Position numbers and translations under genes: made by a program. The notes under the pieces are model-generated. The model saw only the letters and a list, made by a program, of their open reading frames with translations, was not told where the DNA came from and ran no database searches. 64,000 nt of DNA, from positions 29,822,001 through 29,886,000 of the forward strand of contig OZ024754.1 in assembly GCA_964016885.1 (NCBI GenBank), in the 5' to 3' direction. The stretch is from Eledone cirrhosa (lineage: Eukaryota). How positions within the stretch are numbered: the stretch's first letter is position 1; every line of letters starts with the position of its first letter. Positions 13,494 through 25,779 of this stretch are shown here, one piece after another.

Positions 13494-14749
13494 GTAGATA
13501 CATTATATTTCCTTCATTATTATACATATTCTAGAACCGGATCCCCGCCAGTTCCGAAGACGGGTGATCCAGCTATTTGGGCAACAGAATAATCCACCAG
13601 TGAAATTAACATATGAGTGGCTGAACACTTCAGAAACGATGATTTAACGTAATACCCAGGGATATTCACAGTGGGTGAGTAGTATACCCTTGTTTATTAC
13701 AGGTACAGTCCATCCAACCACCTTTAAAATAGGTTATATCTATCCAACAAAGTATGGGTGGATGTGAGGCTACGTTAAATAGTTGCCCAAAATGCCATTG
13801 ATTGTGAAACGAACTTCTTACCCACCCGCGATGCCACGTCCACATACACACACACACAAACATTCCCCAACATATATTTATATGTATGCGCGTGTGTGTG
13901 TGCGTGTGCGTGTGTGTGCGTGTGTGTACGTGTGTGAATATGTATATATGTATAATATATATATATACTTAGTATATATGTGCCTGTTTACATTTCAGAG
14001 TATTTTGAACGTCACTAATTATTAGTGTGAATAGATTCTATACATCCAAAGATAAATAATGGTAGTTTGATATATTAAACTTTCCTCGCATGAGAAGCAT
14101 TAAATACCAACAGCCGGTGTTTGTTGTGCGGCGAATAAATACATTTACAATGTATCAAACAGTAGTTTTCGTTTTAATAATCTATCGAACGTTACTGATG
14201 CAATTTCAGAATTAACAGGAAAATATTCAGGTTGTAGAATTCTTTCATCTACAAATATTATACAGAGAGAAGCATTTTGAAAATAAAGTATTTCTATGAG
14301 GGAAATTCATTAAATTTTCTATGGGAAAAATATTTCGTTTTGATGTAATTGTCTTTCACGTTCTGCTGTGACGAACACGTAGACCTTCTTTAATATTGTA
14401 TGTTATACGCAAATCTAAACTTCCATATTCATATATTTGAAATGCGTTTTATTACAGCTGTAAAGCTATACTAGATACGCGAGGACAATGAGTTTCGTGC
14501 TTAACGACACTTAGTTAGATAAGTACTCTTAAGCATGAAATTCCTTGCCTCAACTGACTGCTATAACTTCTCAGCTATAATTAAATAGGCATCACTCTAT
14601 GTATTGAGTTTGATTCTGTCCTTTGTGCAACCAATCATATATTTCCAATATGGCGTTTCAGTTAATTAATATTTTGGTCTTGTACATGTTTCAGAGATTC
14701 ACACTCAATTCTCCGAATTGAGAGATCACAGCTCCGGTACTATGAACAT

Positions 14750-16048
14750 GTAGTTAGAATGTTCTATTTTAGCATGTTGGTAGAGTACAGATGATTCTTT
14801 ACTATCTTGAAGCTCTCGCCTGTGTTCATTTATCCGTTCGCCTATACTACGAGTTGTCTCACCTATGTACACTATATTCTTATCTCTACATTGTCCTTCA
14901 GTACATCTTTTGCTATATACTACATTTCTAGTTTTACAGTTAATATGGTGGCTTAATTTACAGATTATACATTTCTTATCTATACAGGGAGGTCTTTGAA
15001 AAAGGTATATCTTGCTAATAAGTGTTTTTATGGAGGTACTTGGTCTTTCTACTATCTTAATATTGAGTTTATGTTTATCTAGGGCCCTTCTGAATTTGTA
15101 AGCTAATTCACCTCTAGGGGTTGCATTGATGAACATTACACTCTGGTATTTATTGCTATCATACCATGAGTTTATTCTATTAACCTTATTCCTAGTTCTT
15201 TCTATTCTATTTCAAAATTTGCTCCTATACAAGGGGCAGGTCCCATTTGTATCATTAACTGTAAACCTAGAAATGTAGTATATAGCATAAGATGTACTGA
15301 GGGACAATGTAGAGATAAGAATATAGTGAACATAGGTGAGACAGCTCGTAGTATAGGAGAACGGATAAATGAACACTGGCGAGAGCTTCAAGATAGTAAA
15401 GAATCATCTGTACTCTACCAACATGCTAAAATAGAACATAAGGGTAAATTAAAGAACATAGAAATAAAAATAGAATCTACACACAGAAAAGACGCAATGT
15501 TTAGACAAATCACAGAGGCAATAAACATAAATGAACTCCAACCAAAATTAAATAGAAAGCATGAATGGAATAGCAACATCACAACTTACAATTAAGGACA
15601 AAATGAAAACACACACACACACATAGAACAAACAACCAACCAGTAGCATGTAAATAAACAAATAAATAAACAAATATAAACACACACAGACACCCGGATT
15701 GTAACACATGCGCAAACTAAGCACAAAACACACACAAAAACAAGATGGCGTAGGACAGAACAAAGGAGAGGCACAAAAACAAAGAAAAGAATACCCCGTT
15801 ACTGAAGAGGTCACCGAATGTGTGACGAAAGAACTTTGACAATATATGAACAATCGTCTGGTTGTGGAACCAACCAACCGGAAATTTATAAATTCCTAAA
15901 TTTATAAATTTAATTTATAATAAATTGAAGTAAAAGCAACTGGTGCGTGTGTTTCTTATTGGCAACATGACCCTCCCAAAGTATAACAATATCGGTTTCA
16001 ACACACGTTTTCAGATAAAGAATCTTACTAAACAAATTAAGAAACGAA

Positions 16049-16050
<2 letters not shown>
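14750..16050. mobile_element. Penelope-like element fragment with internal inversion (GIY-YIG)
   Basis: Minus ORF: CIDKKCIIC...TRNVVY...YIGETTRSIGERINEH; ~15280-15436 is its inverted copy and continues on + to ITEAININELQPKLN, 3' UTR and (TA)n. Confidence 0.9.
15798..15840 (+). ncRNA. Type I hammerhead in PLE 3' region
   Basis: gtta-CTGAAGA-g-gtcac-cgaatgt-gtgac-GAAA-gaac-TT-tgac; homolog at 34502-34555. Confidence 0.7.
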
Positions 16051-16079
<29 letters not shown>

Positions 16080-16780
16080 GACTAAATACTGAATCTTGTT
16101 ACTCTGGAGTTTCACCTGCTGAGCGAGCAGCTGAAGCTCCAGACTAACATGACTGACTATTTAGCCTGAATATATATATTTTTAAAAAAGCCTTCGTGAG
16201 CCACCTTTTTCTAAAGTAAAGAAATTCAAACACACACACACACACACACACACAAGCACACAAATAAACACACATATCTTTACTTTCTTTATTCAATAGA
16301 AAATCTGAATTCTGACACCCCAGCGAACTAACCATATTCACCGAACCAGAACAATTCTCCCATCCCTTTCTCTTGACCATTATCTTTTTATCAAAAAATT
16401 CTCTAAAAAGGCTAGAGAATGGATTTCCAAATAAGGGCACAAAAATTTAATGAAAATTTGTTCACGTGACAGCCATAATTTCATTTATAACCAACCAAAA
16501 AAAAGCCTTCGTGAGCCTCCTTTTTTCAAGTAAAAAGAAATTCAAACACTCATATATGAAAAAACAACCTGTGACAACCCCACCCACCCCCCACCCAACC
16601 CTCTTATTTGAAGAACTATTGTAACGCGAACTGGCGCGAAATTTATTATAATTATTGACAAACCAATCAAATTACTTCTCGAAAAACCTGGCATTTCGAG
16701 CCACTTTTTCCATATAAAACAAGTAACATTCAGAGACCAACCAGATGTGAGAAAAACCACAGACCCTCCATCTCAACTCA

Positions 16781-16818
16781 CCTTTTGAAAAGCAGAAGAA
16801 CTGCGAAACCGGTAAAGG
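16781..16818 (+). ncRNA. Minimal type I hammerhead, U3-A8 core
   Basis: cctt-TTGAAAA-gcag-aagaa-ctgc-GAAA-ccgg-TA-aagg; palindromic stem III ACCGGT. Confidence 0.75.
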
Positions 16819-19800
16819 AACCAAATAAATATATATATTTTTTAAAAAAATAAGACTCCAGTTGCATTTTCGATTTCATCTCTTTTTCTTTATACTTTCA
16901 CTCGTGTAGGACACCTCGGTTATTTTTCATTTTGTAAAAAAAACCTCACTTTCTAATATATATATATGATTAGCCTCTATAATTTCCGTCTATCTACGGT
17001 ATTCCACACACACAGCATTAGTGAACATAATGTTATTGTAGTAGACGGATGCTGAATATTCCGTGTAGCGTGACTAAACCCAGGATCTCGTGTTTGCGAA
17101 GAGAATCTCTTAACAACTTAGCCAAAAATATATTATTGATTTAAGGTCCCGACAAATGGTTTGTAAGGTCGTCATGTCACCATAGCAGAATCCTAGACAC
17201 GAATAAGAGGCTTATCACTAACTTAGTTTTAGATGTTCACATATGATGACAAAATCTGTGTCTGATGTATCGATTTTCATTGACTAAAAGTAAAATTTAT
17301 TTGATACGATAAATTATACAGTTAGATTATATTAAATTCAAATATAGAGATATAGACGTAGCAAAATGTCTGAGCAACCGACACCATGACTTTTCTTGCA
17401 GAAGACCATTAACTTCAGATGGCGAGTGATTTAATGTTATAATTTCTATCATTACACCATTGCCATTGATGTTGGAAGGTAGTGTACATAAACAATAATC
17501 AAAAATAAATTTTTAAAAGTCAGACTTGCCGACATTTCTGTTGGTTTATTGAATAATAAAGATGTTATATTTATTACCTTTGTATTTTCAAACTGGTCAA
17601 TTATATGAAAGATTTCACAATTATTAGATTATATGAATTACATAAATTATTATTAGATGTGCGACGTAATAAAAATAAAATGCGTTACAAAAACTTAAAT
17701 ATCATAATTCTAGTTAACATTAGAATATATGTTATTCCCACTTCCTTTTACTGATCATAGCACAAATATGCTGTTACTTAGTTGCTGTATTTATTTCATA
17801 GTCGTGATTTATTCAACTCTAACTTTGATGTTTGTATAATACTTTCAGATATCGTGTAATTGTTTGGCATTGTTTCCACTTAATAAATTCATTTACAGTT
17901 TATTTTGTGTTTAAGATATTAAAAAATATTTCGTTTAAAACATTGACGAATATTTCATTTTCGACTTGTTATATTACGAGTTCAAATCCTGCTAGAGTCA
18001 ATAAAATTAAACGTGACATTATACCGGGCTCAATGAAAGTCAACTATATAGGTTCACCCCAAGTGTGTGACAATAAGTAGTGAACTAATATAAAAGGTCT
18101 AACATTTATGAATTAGATGAATGTGTATTTTGGTCTCAAATTTTCTTCTTCATCAAATATATTTATATTTGAATTAAATTGCTTTATTTTCTCTTTTAAT
18201 AATGATATAAGTGGTAAAAAAACTCTCATGCGAGCTGGACAACAGGAAGTCTTCAGAGAAGAAACCCCTGCTCTTTTGTTGTATTTTATTATATTCTAAT
18301 TTTTCCTTCTCAGTTCTCTACATCTTACTCTCCTTAACTTACCCTGAATCGCCCGCAGAACAAACAAAATACAAACAAAAAACAACTACACAAAGCACTA
18401 TACATCAATATCTTTGTATTAATCAAAAATCAAAAACATTTTAGAATATAATACGTTTGTGGGATAATTTCTAAATATTTATTTTAGATTTTGTTGTTTT
18501 TGTTTATTGTTTTGCCTGAAAGACATGTATGAGATTACGGAGGTGGGGAGAATATATGAATAAAAATATTGTGATAAACATTTTGATACCGACGAAGGTA
18601 TTCTCATAAAAAAAAGAAACATTATATAAAACTGTATTAAAAATATATTAAAAAAACACTAGGAAAGAGGAAATGTTGGAAGAGAAAAATAGAATATATG
18701 TTTAGAAGAAAAAAAAAAGGAAATTTATTTTTAAAAAATACATTCAATCATTAAGTATGATCTTCAAACTTCAAACTTACATAGAAAAAGTAACATTTAG
18801 TTCAGTGTTACAAAAACTATGGCGTCGATTGAAAGATGATACTGTTGATGTTCAAAGTGAAATGAAACTTTTATTAGGAAAGTGGAAATGATAAAGACGT
18901 GGCATGAATTAAGATGATATATGGATGAAAATAATTAATAAATTTCTAAACCCAAACAGTAAACATAACATTTATAGAATATAATGCAAAGTTATTAAAT
19001 TTTCATGAATCTAGTAAGTTATGGCGGCGATAAAATGCGACGTCGTACCTTAACGAACAGAGATTATGTTTCCTTACTCTTAGCTATCTCCATTCACTTG
19101 AGTTAAAGACATTTTTCAACATCCAATACTTTACAAAACTTATTTCATCTTTCCTCGAATTGAATAGAATTTATTCATTTTTATGATAAACAGTCAGATA
19201 ATTATACTATTGATGTCATCAGAGTTTAATTAAAATACCAATATATTCTTTTATCTGTGATTTATTTTGATAAGTGATAGATATTATCTGGTTTTTCTCG
19301 AGTGATATATATATATATAAAAAGTAAGTGTGAATATGTGTGTATGCGTGGGTATGAATGTACATTCACACCCACGCATACACACATAACTACACCCACA
19401 CACACAAACACACAAACACACACACATATACCCTTACACACTCACACGTACACACACAAATATATATATATATATATGTAGATAAATCTACCAAGAGTTT
19501 ACGGTAGTGTCCAATCCGTATGAAGAACTCAATGTATTCTGGATATCATGGAAAGAAGAGATGTAATGAAAAATCACTTTCGGTGAAAGATAAACGGTAT
19601 ACAGAGTCAAGATAAAATATTAAACAAATAATGAATAAAACAATGAAACAGTTCCTTATATTAAACAAAAAAAAAGTTCATTATTTAACGATCGTTTCTA
19701 GGATATATATGTGTTAGAATTGGCATGCATATTCAACAGATCTATGTACAAAATTATACAAAATTATACAAACTATCAAGATTAAATATACATACCAAAC

Positions 19801-19841
19801 ACACATATACGCCGTCTTCAGAAATATATATATATATATAT

Positions 19842-20037
19842 AGGAAAAAGTATGAACCCCGACGGCAGAGCTCAAGCCGTTTCGACAGTTATTTCTGGAC
19901 TGTCCAGAAATAGCCGTCGAAACGGCTTGCGCTCTGCCGTCGGGGTCATACTTTTTCCTATTACCCACTCTACTACCCTAAGTATTGAGTACTCTGGTGT
20001 GTTATGGTCCATCTGATTTTTTACCACAATTTCTTCG

Positions 20038-20040
<3 letters not shown>
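19842..20040 (+). mobile_element. Short (TA)n-embedded element with fold-back and 3' half of a hammerhead
   Basis: Palindrome 19842-19960; GAAA-cggc-loop-gccg-TC; homologs at 43850-43994 and 46560-46688. Confidence 0.75.
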
Positions 20041-20091
<51 letters not shown>

Positions 20092-20277
20092 ATAATAATA
20101 AATTTGAAGACTAAAATCCAAAGAGGGCCGATAAGGATAAATATATATCAAATATATAAGAACCGTAGAACCATTACTGTTGGAAGCTCCCGGATAGCTA
20201 TCCGGGAGCTTCCAACAGTAATGGTTGCATTTTTTAAGGGTATGTCAATATTTATTTATAAAACTGATCTATATTAT

Positions 20278-20340
20278 ATTTTGTCTGATGAAAGCACACC
20301 ATAATTTAACTTGGTGTCCTTGAAATATTTATAATGAAAT
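20278..20340 (+). ncRNA. Type I hammerhead
   Basis: attttgt-CTGATGA-aagcacacca-loop-tggtgtcctt-GAAA-tattta-TA-atgaaat. Confidence 0.7.
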
Positions 20341-20467
20341 AAATATGGTTTTATAAATATAGTTTCCATTTGTTAATATCGTATTTTTACTCCAAATATT
20401 TGTTGAGTGCTTTATATCAGTTATAAAATATTTGTTTGTTGTATCCCAACAATTTAAATAGAACTTT

Positions 20468-20515
<48 letters not shown>

Positions 20516-23178
20516 TAACAGATTAAAGTTTAAGCAAAGAATCGCTGCTTTCACCCTTAACGGGATCTTCAGAAGATCCCGTTAAGGGTGAAAGCACCGA
20601 TTCTTTGCTTAAACTTTAATCTGTTATTTTAATAAATATTTGCTCTACGGTTCTTATATATTTGATATATATTTATCCTTATCGAGCCCTTTTGGGATTT
20701 TAGTCTCCAAATTTATTATTATTACTATATATATATATATATAAACGGAAAAAATGAAACGAAATTTCATTTCCCACTCTTAGTACGGCTGTTACTTAAA
20801 TATAAGTATGTACACGTACATACATATATGTATACAGACGTACAGTAGTATGTATATATATATATACATACATGCACACATATGCACACATATATATATA
20901 TACATACATGCACACATATATATATGTACATATGGATTCACCGAACATTTATTATAATGCTCGGTGTGTTTGTAAACAAACATCCCGTATTAAGCGGTAG
21001 TGTCTAGCAACCATCGTTGCTAGACACTACCGCTTTACTACTACATTATAATATATATATTATATTATATATATATATATATTATAATCTGCCATAGGTC
21101 TCTCCAGTTAAGTTACAAAGCGTGTCATCAATGAACAACGGCCAAGTAGCATAACCATCTGATTTAGACGTTCTCTTCATAACTACGTAGTTTACTATCC
21201 GATTCCATGTGCGTTACATGCTTTTTGTTTGTATTTTTAAAGAGGAGAAACTGTTTAGAGGCTGACAAATGGGCATTTCCTTTTTCTGATTAGTAGGCTT
21301 AACTCACCGCCACCTGCTCTGTGAGTGAACCTAATGCAGTTCACTGCGCTGTAATTTATAGCGGCTATGTTTCGGCCTATTTTCAGCTTGTTATCATTCT
21401 GAGTGAAATATCGATCTCGTTGGATGTAAAATGTTTTGGGTCCTGCCTCTTGTTCTCTGTTTAGATCATAACAAAATCAAAAACTTGTTGCTGTCTTTTC
21501 AACGTTTTATTCCTTTCATGCTTATAATAATTCCTAAATTATACACAAGGACAACAATTTAGTAGGATACATCGATCCCTTTGCTTTAAATTTTTCGAAC
21601 CCTGAAGGACCAGCGACAGAGTCACCCATAGCGGAATTTGAACCTAGAACGTATTGAGGCAGAACAAATACCGTAAAACATTTTGCCCATCACCCTAAAG
21701 ATTCTATCAAGCCACCTTATGTCGAATCTAAAGACAAGCTTCATTAGTAATCATTTGAAAGCAGTTTTATACATATATTAGTGTGGATTTCTATTAATTC
21801 TGTGATAATACGTCCTGCACAATTGAATTTTTTTTTTCTAGTCTATTTTATGTAAATTCTTTTTGCATAAAAATATGTCGCATAAATACACGTCTACATA
21901 CATATACACATTACACTCATGTACACATAGACATACTCACTCACAGATAATCATGCACACTCGCTCACATAGGCTTACTCCCTCTCATGTGACAACACAC
22001 AGTCGCACACAAAAGCAATACTCTCTCACACACAAACACACATACATACCCACACACACATACTCTCACACATGTACTCACACACATTTACATTCTATGT
22101 AAATCCATTTAACTCAATGCATTTTGTATTTGTGAGATTACTTCTGTATCTACCCACACGTGAGTACATTCTAGAACGCACGAGTGAGTGTCTTTGTGAT
22201 GTTATAGGTTAGGTGGGAAGCATTCAGTTAAAACCTTTTAAGTGACAAAGCTCTCAAAAATCGCAATAATGAACAAGATATTCAATTACAAATTCTACAG
22301 TTATCTTGAAACCAAACGTAATATAATATATATCTATACCGTTACAAAATAATGGCGATAAAGAGTTAAGAACGTAAAATATTCGGAATTCTATTAAGAA
22401 AAACGCATCTTGTGTATTTGAACAAGAAAATAGATTTCAATTATCGAGAGACACATTCTCTCGGCAAAAATAAAAAAAAATAGAGTACGATTAACATAAA
22501 ATAAGCTCGTGATTCAATCAACTCTCGGCAGCAATTCCCGCTACCTCAAACATTATTTGTGCCACTTCGTCACAATATGTTACATCAAACATTTTTTTTC
22601 TGCGTCTTTACAACTTCGGCATCTCAAACACTGTACTTATCTGTTAGGTAGGAAAACATAAGCAGTTAACAAAAATTTAATATTTCAATCAGAATTCTAT
22701 TCATGCAAAAGTGATTTCACTCTAACGTTTGTGTGGGCTGTTTGTATTGTTTTGTATACACCGTGGAATATAACAAAATGATTAAAGGACTGCTTGCAGA
22801 ATCTCGTTCAACATATACTCAATTTATCCATAATGTAATTTTATCCATTCCACATAGATGAAGATAAAGGTTTGTAAAACAAAGATAAATAATTGTTCAA
22901 TAGGTATGAAGATTTCAAGGGAAATATAAAATCACTCGATCATTAATAACTCCCTGGTATTCTGTGAGAACCTCACTATCTATATTACGAAGGATTGGGA
23001 AAATGAAGAAACATTACCGAAACCTATGGCGGACATGATTATGACATTTTACAAAACCACATTACCTGCTAGAAATAACAGTAACACAAACGAGGCTCCA
23101 CGAAGATCCAAATAGTCAACCGGTTTTAAATATTTGATCTATATTTTAAAAGAACTACGTAGGCGTCAATTATAAAGA

Positions 23179-23300
23179 TGTATATATATTTCAGTGCAGA
23201 AGTAAATGATAAAATAGAAAATCAAACTTTCTAGTTGTTGTCTTCCTGTTTCTTCTACAACAACTACAACGGTGCGCGATGGGGCACACCCACAACTCCG
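23179..23300 (-). mobile_element. 3' end of CRE-like LINE
   Basis: Homologous to 8255-8360. Confidence 0.7.
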
Positions 23301-23372
23301 GCGAGAGACTCGTTGAATGTGCTGAAACTGTGATTTATAAAATGAATATCTTTATATATAAACCTATAAATA

Positions 23373-23750
23373 CCGTATTTCCCGGCGCCGAAGACGCTTC
23401 GTCCTCGAGGACGCACCCTAATTTTGACAACCAAAAATTTGAAAAAAAAAAATTGTTTCTACTTTTGGCACAAGGACAGCAATTAACCAGTACATTACTG
23501 GTACTTTATTTTATCGACCCCGTAAGGATGAAAGGCAAAGTTAACCTCGGAGGGATTTGAACTCAGACCGTAAAGGGACGTAACTATGCTGGAAAGCATG
23601 GCGTCCGACTCTCTACCGATACTGCCAATCCACCGCCCTTTTGAAAAAAATTTGAAAAAAAATAATAAACAACTTTCAGCCTCCAGGACGCGTGGTAGAT
23701 TTTTGATACTTATTTTAGGAAAAACGTAGCGTCTTCGACGCCGGGAAATA
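23373..23750. mobile_element. MITE (Tc1/mariner-pogo-like) interrupted by a SINE
   Basis: TIRs TATTTCCCGGCGCCGAAGACGC / GCGTCTTCGACGCCGGGAAATA; preceded by TA. Confidence 0.75.
23453..23638 (-). mobile_element. SINE family 1 nested in the MITE
   Basis: Full-length copy flanked by TTTGAAAAAAA on both sides (TSD-like). Confidence 0.9.
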
Positions 23751-24399
23751 TAATAAATAAATAGATTTAACCATACTCTCGAATAAACATTTTCAGAATT
23801 GAATACTGGAAAATTGTAGTTGTTTCTGGAAAAATTGACTTAGAACCAATAGCTTTCGGAAATAGCAGCATAAAGGTAAACTTATATCTTTTTTTTATTT
23901 GTTTCTTCCTTTTCTGTTCCCTTTTACAGTGTGTTTTGTTTTTATTATATAATGTCCAATCTATACCCGGGATCTATAAACATTTTAGGCCAGCGTCATT
24001 CCCCCATCTCATCAAACCCTTCGTGACATCCTTCATTCCCTCATAAATTAGTAAACAGAATATGAAATAAAATTATATTTTTAGAAATGATCCACATTAT
24101 TGTTATAATTGTTTCTACTTTTGGCACAAGGTCAGCAATTATTCCAGTGTATTACTGGTACTTTATTTTATCGACCCTGTATGACTTGTTTAGATTAAAG
24201 AAGACACCGGCGAATCATTAGTTGGCACTGTAGATATATGATGCGGAAAGGCAACGGAAGGCAAAAGGCACCCGATGGAATCGTGCGGAGGCCGTCATAA
24301 CTTATGGCCAGTCTTAGAGCAGAATAATCCTAATGAAGCCCTTTTCTTCTCCATCGCTGAAGGAGTGTATCAGTCAAAGCAGTGTCAGGCTGAAGGTCG

Positions 24400-24546
24400 A
24401 TACATATATAAAAAAATTAAATATGAAAATGCAAAAATGAAAAAATATATGAGAATAAAAAAAATTAAATCAAAGAGAAAGTAAGAGGGGGGAGTTATCA
24501 ATTATAAAGTAACACTAGTAAAAATAGAAAACATACAGAGTTTCAT

Positions 24547-24595
<49 letters not shown>

Positions 24596-24731
24596 CGTAC
24601 AGACAAAAGCACATACATGCGTACATACATACAAAAGCGCGCATACACACGAAGCATATATATATATATACATACATGTACATCTAATCACACGCAGGCA
24701 CGCGACCATATATATATATATACATATATAT

Positions 24732-24787
<56 letters not shown>

Positions 24788-25350
24788 ATATACACACACA
24801 CATATATATATAAGTATGTAAAAAAAACATAGATATAAAAACACACACACACACATATACACATACACGCGCGCATAAGAATGCATTCGCATATATATAT
24901 ACAAACACGTATACACACATATACACACTTACACGCATACATACAATATAAAAACCAGCCGTATGAATAAATGAGTACAAATTATACGCAAGTAAACATA
25001 CGTAAAAGCTGCTGAGGGACAACAGAATATATCTGGAGTTGAAAACGCAAGTGACATGTGTTATCAGGTAGTGAAAGAAAAGGGGGAAGTAAAATATGTA
25101 AAATTGTGAAGATATAAAGTAAGTGAATCAAAAAGCAGGGGGGGGGGGTCACTGGTGGATGTGAAGTAAAAATAAAGTTAAAAATAAAAATAAAAGTAAA
25201 TCAGAAAGAGAAGTCTGTAAAGAAGGTAAGTTAAGGAAAGTGAAGAACAAGAGTTTATGGAGGATAAGTATCTGAAAGTGTGTTAAGTTTATATGAGCTG
25301 GAAAGCAAGTGTGATTTCATGTGTGGGCAACTGGTGAAAATTTCTATATT
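24400..25350 (-). mobile_element. PLE 3' region
   Basis: Colinear homology to ~30700-31300 (e.g. GAGTTTATGGAGGATAAGTATCTGAAA...GTGATTTCATGTGTGGGCAACTGGTG). Confidence 0.75.
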
Positions 25351-25779
25351 ACACGATTAAAACAGAAATAAATCCTCATGTTTGAGAGTTTCTAGATGTT
25401 TAAGTAATAATTACATTTTAGATTATGTCTTCAAGAGGTACATAAGATATCAAAACTATGGACGTCTTAGCATAATTGTCGCAGACAATACTCTGCATGT
25501 GACATAATAAACGAATCAGTGTTAGAATACATAGCAACTACTATGTTATTACAATTTCTATAGCATTAAATTACTGAATGGTTATCTCAGTATACAATCG
25601 AAGTAATGTTCCTTAAAACACATTCTTGCATATTTTATTACATGTATATATATAATCCCAACTTTAGAATCTTTCCCCTCTACAAATTTAAAACTAATGC
25701 CACCCACACCCAGCGTGTGTAAGTGTATGTGTGTGCGTATGTATATATATATATATATATATAATGGAAAAATTTGAAC

